Below, piece after piece: positions 38,351 to 48,043 of a DNA stretch of 64,000 nt. Each line of letters begins with the position of its first letter. Within the stretch, counting starts at the first letter, position 1. The position numbers and the translations under genes were made by a program. This DNA comes from Candidatus Latescibacterota bacterium (GTDB lineage: Bacteria > Latescibacterota > UBA2968 > GCA-2709665): NCBI GenBank assembly GCA_963667175.2, contig CAXXXF010000012.1, positions 160,001 through 224,000 on the forward strand. The letters run 5' to 3'. The notes below the pieces were generated by a model that was given only the letters and a program-made list of their open reading frames with translations, had not been told where the DNA came from and ran no database searches.

Positions 38351-40692
38351 TCAGGACCGGGGCCGGGTCTTCTCCGGATCGTAGAACGGCAACGGCGCCA
38401 CGCGGGCGGGTATGCGCTTCTGATGTCCGTCCAGCCTTCCCACCTCCACGGCCACGCCGACCGCTGCGTACCCGGTCGCCAGACGGCACAGCGCGATATT
38501 CCTGGCCCAGAATGGGTGAGCGGGCGCCGCTGGTAATCACGCCCACGCGGGCCCTTCCGTCATAGACGTCGTCGCCGGTGGCGGCGGGCTCGTTTCCGGA
38601 CAACTCCAGGCCCACGAGCACGCGTTGCGGATGGGACCGCCTTTGTATCAGCGCCTCTTTACCGATGAAATCGTCTTTCTTGCGTTCGAGCGGAACGGTG
38701 AAGCCGATGCCCGCCTCGAACGGATCCGTCTGATCGTCGAACTCGCAGCCGGCGAAAACCAGACCCGCCTCGATCCGAAGCATGTCCAGGGCTTCCAGCC
38801 CCAGTGGGGTCAGGCCATGCGGCTGCCCCGATTCCCATATGGCATCCCAGACTTCGGGCGCATCGTCGGGATGGCACCACACCTCATAGCCCAGTTCGCC
38901 CGTGTAGCCGGTCCTGGAGACCACAACCGCCGCTCCGCTTCCATGGCCGATTCGACCCACCGTGAATCGGAACCAGCCCAATTCGACCAGGGACGGACGC
39001 GACGGAGGCGTCCCAGATGACTTCCTTGAGAATATCCCGGCTTCTCGGGCCCTGGACGGCAAGATTATGGAGTTGGTCCGTGGCGTTTCTGACCCATACC
39101 CGCATCCCGCGGCGACTCGCCTGCTCGCGCAACCACGCCCCGCCGTAGTCGTCTCCGCAGATCCAGCGAAAATTCTCGGGACCCAACCGGAACAGGGTCC
39201 CGTCGTCCAGCATGCCGCCGGTTTCATAGCACATGGCGGAATACGTCACCTGGCCCGTCGAAATCCTGCGAACGTCTCGCGTGAGCGTGAGCTGCAGCAA
39301 CGCCTCGGCGTCCGGCCCCAGGACCTCGAACTTGCGAAGCGCGGACAGGTCCATCACCGCCGCCGCCTCACGACAGGCGTAATACTCCTCGACGGCGCCC
39401 TTCCCCGTAAAGGAGTACGGCAGCCAGAAACCGCGGTATTCCTCGAAATTTCGAGTCAGGGCCGAGGTTCGCCGGTGAAAGGCCGTCTCCCTCGTCAACC
39501 TCGGTTCGGCGTCTGCCGTCATCCGGTGCGCAATTCCTCTGGAAAAACCGGTACCGTTCGGGGTAGACGCGGACCTGGATCTCTGTTGGCTCCCAACCGT
39601 TGGCCGGATCGATATCGTCCGGGCACGCGGACGACAGGCAGACCAGGTCCGTCAGGGCTTTCAGCAGCACGTAGTCCCCCGGACGAGACCATGGTTCGTC
39701 CATGACAAGGACGTTATTCAGGTCGATTCTCGTATTGTAGAAAAAGTTCACCGCGGGCCAGCCGCGGCGGGACTGAATCGTATACGGGGCCAGTGCCGCG
39801 TTGAAGTTGTCCGTACAGTTGACGTGGCCCGGGTAACCCATATCCTCGTAATATTTCGCGGTGCACGCAAGCGCAAACGTATCGTGCCGACCTACCGTAT
39901 CCCGAACCACTTCGACCAGCGGCTGCATATCCTGGTCGTAAAACTTCGAGAAAAGTCCCGGACCGGGATAAGCGGCGCCCATGAGCGTCCGCGTCGTGGG
40001 TCGCGTCCAGACCCCGCTCGATGCCCCGTTGCAACCGCCTGGCGTCGAACGCCAGAAAATCGGAACACTGCCGGCCGGCGGCGTCGATCACCTGGATGAA
40101 CTCTCCGGCCTTTACCTCGTATGCGATCGCCGACGCCTTCTCCACCTCCAGATCCAGGCGCATGTCGCCAAGAGGCGACGGAAGCGGGGGACGTTCCGGC
40201 GCCTCAACGCGCGAACGCCTGACCACCACGTCGAGGTCCGTGGGAGGGTCCTGGGCATCCACCCTCATCGGCGCCCCCGGCGCCGCAATCAGGCAGACGG
40301 CGTCGTCTGCGGCGTGGAAACACGCTTCGGCGCCGGCTTCCGTTTCTCCGCCGAAGACCTGCACCGCTCTGGCGCGGGGCAAGGTCAACGCCGCGCCGCC
40401 GAAGCGCCGCGTCGGCCGCCTGCGCGCTTTCGTCGCCCCGCCTGAGCGCGGCCGCGAAACCTTCCATCGCGCCATCCGCCCGGAGTCCCAGCCTGGACGG
40501 ATCGGCATTGCCGTCCGGACCGAACACACCCAGTTCGCATCGCTGGCGCCCCTCCACGTCCACAACCGCAAGCCGGTCGCCAGGCGCCAGCGCCAGGGCG
40601 ATCGCCCCGCCGCCCGGCACCCGATAGCGCTCCCTGCCCGGCGTCCACCTCAGCAGTCCCGTCCCCGTCATTTGGACGTCCGCAGGCATCAC
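38351..40692 (-). CDS. tdm: DUF1989 + GcvT aminomethyltransferase fusion (TMAO demethylase-like), split by ~5 apparent frameshifts
   Basis: Fragments give GRQCSDFLAF, GRHDTFALAC, GHVNCTDNFN, SSACPDDIDPANGW, DLSALRKFEV, SRTGYTGELGYE, RIEAGL. Confidence 0.82.
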
Positions 40693-42089
40693 CCTTCTTC
40701 GGTTTCAGCCAGAAGCTGGCGCGCGAGTTCCTTCTTCTTCTCGCCGTCCATTTTCTTGAGTTCGTTCCTCAACAACCGCTCGTTCACCGACTGGTTCCAG
40801 TAGTCCAGGGAGTCGAATCCCAGCAGCACGCTCTTGCCCACAAACTGGCGGAGGACCTCGTTCGTGGGGCCCATCACCCAGCCGGCCTTGCCGTCGCGCA
40901 GGTACCGTTCAATCCCAAGGTCGGGTTTGTACCCCGTCCCGCCGCAGGCATGGAGCATCTTGTCGGAGACGTTTGCCACGTTCTTCGCCGCGGTGAACTT
41001 TACCTGCCACATCCAGTGCAGCACGTCCGCCCTGGGCATGCAGGAGAAGGTCCCGGTGGATGGACCAGTCGCACCGATTCGTGACGTCGTCCATCGCGCG
41101 GGCCATCAGGTAGACAAAGGACCGGGAGGCGTTGGTATCGATCACGGCTTCGCCCACGTAGTCCTGGATTGTCGGGTAGTCCGCCACCCGCATGCCCACG
41201 TCAGCGTGCCGCCTGGCGGTGGTATGCCGCCTGGCGATGTCGATCATCCCCAGAGAAATGCCGTTCCAGCAGGCCGATGAGCACAACAGGAAGAACGGAT
41301 CCACCGTCTCGTCGTTCGAATTCGCCCCGTCACCCACCGGCCCCACCAGCCTGCTCTCGGGCATCGTGACGTTGTCGACCTCCAGCGTGCCGGACTGATT
41401 CCCGCGCAGACCCAGGCCGTCCCACAGCGACGGTTCCGCTTTCACCTCGTCGGCCATAACGAGAAAGCAGGAAAGATTCGAATAGTCACCCGCGAAATCC
41501 GGACTCGTCGTCTGCACGATGTACCAATCGGCGAAGCCCGCGGACGTCGTCCAGGACGCCTTCTTCCGCACCTTCCAGCCGCCTTCCACCCGCTCGGCCC
41601 CGGAAGAAACGGGGTAGGTACCAGAAATGAGAGCCCGTCTCCGGGTCCGAATAGGATAACGTGCCCACCAGCACGTCGCTGTCGAGGCGTTTCATGAGGC
41701 CCCTGAAGCGTCGCATTGTCGTGCGCCCGAAACATGGCGGCGGCCACGGCCCCGACGTGCATGGTGTAACACATTGCGGTACTGGCGCACCCGTAACGCG
41801 CGATCGTCTCCACCACCATCGCCGTACACGTGTGGTCTTCTCCCAGACCTCCCCATTCGCGGGGCACGTTCAGTCCCAGCAGACCCAGCGAAGCCAGCGC
41901 TTCGAAGTTTTCCCGTGGAAACACGAGGTTGCGATCGCTTTCTACCGCGTTGTCCCGCAGCGTTGTCCGGCAGAGGTCGATCAGTTTCTCCTGGAGCGCC
42001 CGCTGCCCGGGCGTCAATACCCATTGGGGATCCCAATCGTAGTCCAGACCCCAGAACGCCTCCGGGCCCCACGTCTTCGTATTGCTCAT
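40689..42089 (-). CDS. Acyl-CoA dehydrogenase-fold flavoprotein (possible monooxygenase), split by apparent frameshifts
   Basis: VPREWGGLG, SDPETGSH, KASWTTSAG, WDGLGLRGNQS, GGTGY..IERYLRD, VMGPTNE. Confidence 0.85.
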
Positions 42090-42104
42090 TGCGCCTCCGG
42101 GTTT

Positions 42105-42537
42105 TCAGGTTGCCGGGTTTGAGACTGCGCCATGCGCGTCGTCGTCAAGATTCATGCCGTAGGCATCTCCAAGTTCCATCATCGGATGATTATCGGACAT
42201 CTGAAACTTGACGAGCAGCTCCCGTGCGATCATATCACGCTCCTGCTGGTTGTCGGGCAGCGCCATGTCTACGGGAACCAGCACCCAGCCGTTGATGTTC
42301 CGGTCGAATACCGCCGGCTTTCCGTCTTCGTATCCCATATGCACGTCTTCCAACCAGTTCAGGTCCCGCCACCCCATAACCTCGATGTATCGCTTCAGGA
42401 ACGGAGTCAGGAGCCCGTAGTCCGGCGGCAGGTTCACGTCGTAACCGGTATCCGATGTGCTGGCCGATTTCCTTCTCGCGGTCCGAGTCCAGCCCCGTGG
42501 ACTCGAGGTAGTAGTTCACGTCTTTGGCTTCGTCCAT
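42105..42537 (-). CDS. Conserved-looking hypothetical protein (~140 aa, one apparent frameshift near 42445)
   Basis: AGGAG RBS + MDEAKDVNYYLES..HIGY joins DVNLPPDY..WLEDVHMGYE..FDRNINGW. Confidence 0.7.
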
Positions 42538-42621
42538 CGGATTCTCCTGGCGCGGCGCCCTGCCCCCGGAATTGCGAGCGCAGGACCGGTGGCCGTGCGG
42601 TGGGTTACTCGCTTCCGCCGT

Positions 42622-43992
42622 TCAATACCTGTTCATCTCGGGATGTCCGACCGTATAGCGGGTACCTGCCAGGGGCACCTCCGCCATGGCGGAGGCTTCC
42701 ATGGTGAGCGCGGCAAGATCCTCCGGCTCCAGGGAATGAACGTCGGTCTTGCCGCAGGCCCTGGCGAACATCTGGCATTCGATCGCCAGGGTATGCAGGA
42801 AGTTATACACCCGCTCGGCCGCGTCATCCGGGTCCAGCCGGCTGCGCAGGTCCGGATCCTGGGTGGCCACGCCCACGGGGCAGAGTCCGGTATGGCAGTG
42901 ATAGCATTGCCCCGCCGGAACGCCTACCGTGCCTTCGTAATCCGCCTCGGGGATATCCTTGTTGCAATTCAGCGCCACCATCGCCGCCGTACCGATGGCC
43001 ACCGCGTCGGCGCCGAGCGCAAGCGCCTTGGCCACGTCGGCCCCGTTGCGAATCCCGCCCGCGTAGACGAGCGTAATCGCTCCGGTCTTGCCCACGTCGT
43101 CCAGCGCTTTTCTGGCCTGCCGGATGGCCGCGATCCCCGGCACGCCCGTCTCCTCGGTGGCCAGATGGGGCCCCGCCCCCGTCGAGCCCTCCATCCCGTC
43201 CATATAGATGCTGTCGGGCCCCGTCTTCGCTGCCATCCGCACGTCGTCGTAAACACGGGCCGCGCCGAGCTTCAATTGAATCGGCACCTGCCAATTGGTC
43301 GCCTCCCGGATCTCTTCGATCTTCAGGGCAAGATCGTCGGGGCCCAGCCAGTCCGGGTGCCTCGCCGGCGAACGCTGGTCGATCCCCGCGGGCAGCGAAC
43401 GCATTTCAGCCACCTGGTCGGTTACTTTCTGGCCCATCAGGTGGCCGCCGAGCCCCACCTTGCATCCCTGGCCGATAAAAAACTCCACGCCGTCGGCGAG
43501 GCGCATGTGGTGCGGGTTGAACCCGTAGCGGGACTGGATGCACTGGTAGAGCCACTTCTCGGAATACCGGCGCTCGTCGGGCAGCATGCCCCCTTCTCCC
43601 GAGCAGGTGGCGGTGCCCGCCATCGTGGCCCCTCTTGCCAGCGCCACTTTCGCCTCGTAGGATAACGCGCCGAAGCTCATGCCCGTAACGTAGACGGGAA
43701 TATCCAGCACGAGCGGCCGTTCGGCCCCGGGCCCGATCACCGTCCGGGTCTCACATTTCTCACGGTATCCCTCGATCACGAACCTTGTGAGCGTGCCGGG
43801 AAGAAACGTCAGGTCGTCCCACGATGGAATCTGCTTGAAAAGCGCCATGCCCCGCATTCGGTACCGCCCCAGATTCGCCTTGACGTGGATGTCGTCGATC
43901 ACGTGGGGCGGAAACATGAAATTCCTGCCCAGAACCTGGGGGTTCCGGTCATGCCGGCCATTTCCGGAAACGTCATTTCCGGGTGTATCCAT
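42622..43992 (-). CDS. mgsC: FMN-binding glutamate synthase-like subunit (N-methylglutamate synthase MgsC/GlxD)
   Basis: GMSFGALS, SGEGG, GQGCKVGLGGHL, RHPDW, CYHCHTGLCPVG. Confidence 0.88.
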   Translation of the reverse strand: MDTPGNDVSGNGRHDRNPQVLGRNFMFPPHVIDDIHVKANLGRYRMRGMALFKQIPSWDDLTFLPGTLTRFVIEGYREKCETRTVIGPGAERPLVLDIPVYVTGMSFGALSYEAKVALARGATMAGTATCSGEGGMLPDERRYSEKWLYQCIQSRYGFNPHHMRLADGVEFFIGQGCKVGLGGHLMGQKVTDQVAEMRSLPAGIDQRSPARHPDWLGPDDLALKIEEIREATNWQVPIQLKLGAARVYDDVRMAAKTGPDSIYMDGMEGSTGAGPHLATEETGVPGIAAIRQARKALDDVGKTGAITLVYAGGIRNGADVAKALALGADAVAIGTAAMVALNCNKDIPEADYEGTVGVPAGQCYHCHTGLCPVGVATQDPDLRSRLDPDDAAERVYNFLHTLAIECQMFARACGKTDVHSLEPEDLAALTMEASAMAEVPLAGTRYTVGHPEMNRY

Positions 43993-44092
43993 AACCCGTT
44001 TCTCCTGGCGTCGGCCCGGAATGCTCGCGGTTCCGGGAGCGACGCGCGTTGAAGCGTTCGATTGTCTTTTTATGGAAGGGAGTAAACGGTAG

Positions 44093-44120
44093 ATAATACG
44101 GAAGGGTCGCGCGCTGTCAA
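44093..44120 (-). promoter_or_regulatory. Sigma70-like promoter at the head of the methylated-amine cluster
   Basis: TTGACA-16 bp-TATTAT on the minus strand, ~100 bp upstream of the mgsC ATG. Confidence 0.55.
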
Positions 44121-44179
44121 AGGAGGAAACGTCGTGGGGTTCAACGGGTTCAGCCCCACCCACAACGCTGACCTGAAGC

Positions 44180-44914
44180 TTAGCGGAGCGCTTTCAACGA
44201 TACGTACAACCCTCGACCCGGCGTCAATCCATCCTCGTGATACCGGGTGCGGAGACCTGCGTCCGAAAGGATCTCAAGGAACCGCGACCGGTCGAAGAGC
44301 GCCAGTTCGTGGGTGTCGCGGAAGTATCGTACGCCCTTTTTTGTGGATAGGAGAAAATGGAAATCGAGAACGGCCAGGTCTCCGCGGCGCCTGCTCACGC
44401 TGTGCCTGGAGATTCTGACACCCTCTCCTGCCATGGTGCCGCCGTGGATCGACCCGGGCAGAAACGTCTCGGTCGTGAAAAAGGGCTCGACGACAAGGAC
44501 GCCGCCCGGTTTCAGGTGTTTTTCGAAACACGCGATTGACCGTCTAAGATTCCGGTAGGTCCTGACGTAAGCGATCGAACTGAACAGGCAGACGACGGCG
44601 TCGAAGCGGCGCTTCAGGTCGAAGGAGGTCATGTCGCGACAGCGTAGAGGGATTCCGGGATTCTTTCTGCGCGCCACCTTCAACATTTCACGGTTCAAAT
44701 CCAGTCCGGTCACGTCGTAGCGTTCCCGCAGGAACCGGGTGTGTTCTCCGGTCCCGCACGCGACGTCCAGCAGGGAGCGGCCGGATGACGCGCGCCTTGC
44801 CCGGATCAGTTGATGTACTTGCTCCGACTCGGCCCGATAATCCTTCCACTGGTACATCACGTCGTAGAACGGCGCCAGGGCGGCCCACATTTTTTCGGTT
44901 TCTCTGGGCGCCAC
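44180..44914 (-). CDS. Class I SAM-dependent methyltransferase (TylM1/DesVI-like)
   Basis: KDYRAES, LLDVACGTGEH, FDAVVCLFSSIAY, LKPGG. Confidence 0.88.
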   Translation of the reverse strand: MAPRETEKMWAALAPFYDVMYQWKDYRAESEQVHQLIRARRASSGRSLLDVACGTGEHTRFLRERYDVTGLDLNREMLKVARRKNPGIPLRCRDMTSFDLKRRFDAVVCLFSSIAYVRTYRNLRRSIACFEKHLKPGGVLVVEPFFTTETFLPGSIHGGTMAGEGVRISRHSVSRRRGDLAVLDFHFLLSTKKGVRYFRDTHELALFDRSRFLEILSDAGLRTRYHEDGLTPGRGLYVSLKALR

Positions 44915-44942
44915 TGCAACCTCCTAACCATACCGACAGCCG

Positions 44943-45917
44943 CTAGCGAGCGAAAAAGTGATACGTGGCGCCCACGTGGAGCTGGTAGTCGGACGTCAGC
45001 TGGCTCTCGTTTACGTTCTGATAGACCGGTAGCGGCAGCCGGGCCTCCAGGCTCAGATTCTCCGTTGCCCGTATGCCCAGCTTTGGTGCGAGATACAGCC
45101 AGGCGCCGCCGCGTTTTCGGGCGATCTTTCCATATTGGAAGTAATCGCGCGACGTGTAGACGTGGTTCAGGCTGAGACCCGTGATAAGCATGTCCCCGTG
45201 CATGTAATCCATCGAGAAGATGCCCTGAAACTCGTTTCCGTATTTGTAGCCGTATACATTCTCGCGGGAAATAATGCGGGTGAACAGCATACCGTTGAAG
45301 AACAGGTTGTCGAATGCATGCGACAGACTGACCGAGAAAATCGGGTCCATGCTTCCGGACCCCACCTGCAGCAGGTCGGCGAAGCGCTCGCCGTATTCGT
45401 CGACCGCGTGGGTCGACCCGTTCGCGAGCTTGACGCCGGCGGAAAAGAGCAGGCCCGGCAATGATTCCGGCAGAGGAGGAGCAAAGTTCAACATCAGAAC
45501 GACGTCGCCGAGTCCCGCGGCATGCCGGATATATTTGCCGCCCTCATACTGGTTGTCGTACTGACCGGGAAGGAGGATTTTGTCGTTGGTTATGGAACGA
45601 AACGGGAGAACCACGGCGGCGCCGAACCAATCCTTGACCCCGTAACTGGCGAATACGGACACGGTGGACATGCTGGTCACTTCCTGGTTGATGTTGGGGA
45701 TCGGCCCGGTACCGTACATCGCATCGCCCAGGTACTCATACTCGTAATTCACGCTCAGTACCAGCAGGTCCCTGGTGATCAGACTGCCCTGCAGCATTCT
45801 CCCGCCCGGGAGCACGGGACGGCGTCAACTCACGCCGGGCTGCGCCTGAACGGACCGGCCTGCGAAAATCAGCTGGGCGAACAGAATCAACGGCAGCACC
45901 TGCAACGTACGTTTCAT
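44943..45917 (-). CDS. Exported/outer-membrane beta-barrel-like protein with in-frame TGA at codon 31 (candidate selenoprotein)
   Basis: ATG 45917 overlaps the upstream stop (ATGA); signal peptide MKRTLQVLPLILFAQLIFAGRSVQA-QPGVS-TGA-RRPVLPGG is in frame with ORF 44943-45815; GLGDV, QVGSGSMD, YKYGN, PVYQNVN, aromatic C-terminus. Confidence 0.75.
45797..45824 (-). promoter_or_regulatory. SECIS-like hairpin downstream of the in-frame TGA
   Basis: mRNA UGA CGCCGUCCCGUG CUCCC-GGGC-GGGAG AAUGC; G-led loop starting 18 nt after the UGA. Confidence 0.55.
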
Positions 45918-46429
45918 GTTCCTGACTCCTCCGGGACTGAACGCTTCAGTGACTTATCCAGGATCTTTCGGTATTTCCGAAAAGATCCGTAACCCGAAAA
46001 AACGACCTCTCCCCGGGCGTTGACGATGACAACCGTGGGCGTCAAGCGGGTCTCGAAGGCTTCGAACACCCGACCATCCGAATCGATATAGCTGAGCAGC
46101 GATTCCTTCTTGTCGGCGAAGTAGGTCTGTATTTCCTCCGCGCTGTTCTTCCACGCGATGCCGAAGACCTGCACCCTGTTTCCGTATTTCTTCCTCAGCT
46201 TGTAGACGCGCTTCAACTCCCTCTTGCATGTCTTGCACCAGGTTGCCCACAGATAGACGAAGGACGTCCTGCCTTCGCAGACGTCGGCCAGACTCAGCGT
46301 ATCTCCTTCGAGCGTGACGACCTGCACCAGAGGCAGTGGATCGGGTCTGTCGTCCGCGGCGGCGGTATCAACAAAAAAAACGAACAGACCCGCAGTCAGC
46401 ACGACACCCATGATCCGGAGCAACTGCAT
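45914..46429 (-). CDS. TlpA/redoxin family thiol-disulfide oxidoreductase
   Basis: Signal/TM anchor, LWATWCKTC, TPTVVIVN. Confidence 0.9.
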   Translation of the reverse strand: MQLLRIMGVVLTAGLFVFFVDTAAADDRPDPLPLVQVVTLEGDTLSLADVCEGRTSFVYLWATWCKTCKRELKRVYKLRKKYGNRVQVFGIAWKNSAEEIQTYFADKKESLLSYIDSDGRVFEAFETRLTPTVVIVNARGEVVFSGYGSFRKYRKILDKSLKRSVPEESGT

Positions 46430-46536
46430 TCCACCCACAATCGAACCCTCAGCAAACGGCATCCGATCCCAGATCCCCTGTCTCCAGCCGAACGGCCGAA
46501 GGGTTATCAGCCCGTTGAAAAAGTCCATCCGGTCTG

Positions 46537-46564
46537 CCTGCCTGTGCGTTCGCACGCAGACAGG
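46537..46564. repeat. 28-bp palindromic micro-insertion
   Basis: cctgcctgtgcg-tt-cgcacgcagacagg; absent from MITE copy 1. Confidence 0.8.
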
Positions 46565-46596
46565 CGTCCGGCCCTTGTGGCCGAAATACGGCGTTG

Positions 46597-46615
46597 CCTG
46601 CCTGCAGCAGGCAGG
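46597..46615. repeat. 19-bp palindromic micro-insertion
   Basis: cctgcctgc-a-gcaggcagg; absent from MITE copy 1. Confidence 0.8.
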
Positions 46616-46714
46616 CGCTCCCTCCCCGAATCCAGGGATTCGCGTCGGTCGCGCGCCTTGTCTTCGGCCACAATGCCTCGGCCTCGCCTGCAGAGCGACT
46701 TTTTCAACGGACTG

Positions 46715-47908
46715 TTATCTCCTGGCGACGTGCTTGTACACCACGCGGATGCGATGGTTAAACGTATCGGCAATGTACAGATTCTCGTCCTGATCGAGCG
46801 CGACTCCGAACGGACTCCGGAGTTTGCCCCACCGGGGATGGTCGCTGTCGCCCTTGAAACCCGGCTCTCCGCACCTGCCGGCAAGCGTGCTAATGGTCCC
46901 CTCCGTATCCACCTTGCGGATACAGTGGTTGCCGGTATCGGCAATGTACAGATTTCCCTCCGCGTCGACGACCACGTCGCCGGGGCGGGAAAGGCTGGCC
47001 TGGACCGCCGGGCCGCCGTCTCCTGAATACGTGCCGGCGGTGGGGCCGATGCTGCCGCCGCCGGCCACCGTACTGATCCTGCCCGTGGCGTCCACCATGC
47101 GGATGCGGTTGTTGAACGTATCGGCGATATACAGGTTGCCCCTGCCATCCATCGCAATCCGGCCCGCCGGCTGCGCGGCGTCTCCCGTGGGCGCATAGAG
47201 GTCGGCCAGGACAGCCGGACCGCCGTCCCCGGAAAACCCCTCCCGTCCGGTGCCCGCGACGGTGGAGATCACACCGTCAAGGTCCACCATTCGTATGCGA
47301 AGGTTGCCCTGATCCGAGATATACATGCGACCGGCTGGATCGAAACCCGTGGAACTCGGCAGGTTCAGCGAGGCCTCGAGAGCGGGGCCGCCGTCACCCC
47401 CGAATCCGCGGTCGCCACGTCCGGCAATGGGTTCGACGCGACCGGAGGTCGAGTCGTATCTCAGGATCGTGGCGTTCTGCCAGGCCGACACAATCAGCCG
47501 TCCCTGGAGATCGAAGGAAATATGGGTCGGGTGATCGACGCCCGTCTCCAGCGCGGGGCCCGCGAGCGGATGGCCCGGTTCGCCGTTGCCAATGAGCGGT
47601 CGGACGATTCCGTTGTCGATCACGACAACCCGATTGTTGTTCCAGTCCAGAATGTACGTCCGGTCGTCGGGGCCGACGGCCACGTCCTGGGGGAAATACA
47701 GGTTCGTGTCAAGAGGACCCGATCCCGCGGCGCTTCTGCCCGGGTCTCCGGTGCCGGCGAGGGTGATCATGATCCCGTAGGGCAACCCCGGGTACTCTTC
47801 GTACAAATCGTCGTCCACGGTGGGAGGCGTCTTTCCGCAAGCCGCCACGGCCGCGGAAGCCCCGACCACGAACGCGAGCCGAACCCACACCTGTTTCAGT
47901 AATTTCAT
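46715..47908 (-). CDS. NHL-repeat (teneurin-like) lipoprotein
   Basis: Lipobox VAAC; repeated GFSGDGGPA..L..P....D..GNLYIADT.NHRIR. Confidence 0.9.
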   Translation of the reverse strand: MKLLKQVWVRLAFVVGASAAVAACGKTPPTVDDDLYEEYPGLPYGIMITLAGTGDPGRSAAGSGPLDTNLYFPQDVAVGPDDRTYILDWNNNRVVVIDNGIVRPLIGNGEPGHPLAGPALETGVDHPTHISFDLQGRLIVSAWQNATILRYDSTSGRVEPIAGRGDRGFGGDGGPALEASLNLPSSTGFDPAGRMYISDQGNLRIRMVDLDGVISTVAGTGREGFSGDGGPAVLADLYAPTGDAAQPAGRIAMDGRGNLYIADTFNNRIRMVDATGRISTVAGGGSIGPTAGTYSGDGGPAVQASLSRPGDVVVDAEGNLYIADTGNHCIRKVDTEGTISTLAGRCGEPGFKGDSDHPRWGKLRSPFGVALDQDENLYIADTFNHRIRVVYKHVARR

Positions 47909-48043
47909 CTCTGTAAAAATAGGAACAAGCGAGCCGCGATTCAACCCCGAAATCGGTTCGGTTGCCTGAATCGCGCGCATTGAGCCCTGTACGCCGGTCC
48001 CACCGGCGAACCGCGACCTGAACGCCATAACGGCCGGGGACCG

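Larger units (their letters stand above)
46508..46714. mobile_element. MITE copy 2 (207 bp, inverted relative to copy 1) with TTAT target duplication
   Basis: TTAT-cagcccgttgaaaaagtc...gactttttcaacggactg-TTAT; equals copy 1 plus 28- and 19-bp insertions. Confidence 0.88.

Noticed and set aside
37351-42537. Programmed frameshifting or true pseudogenes
   Set aside because: No slippery heptamers, several breaks per gene, no nonsense codons; the pattern fits sequencing indels
44134-44159. GTGGGG…CCCCAC hairpin as another REP family
   Set aside because: Single imperfect copy just after the methyltransferase stop; could simply be a terminator-like stem
45825-45827. Genome-wide TGA reassignment (code 4/25) explaining the in-frame TGA
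   Set aside because: Many conserved genes here end at TGA at the expected C-terminus and use ATGA overlaps
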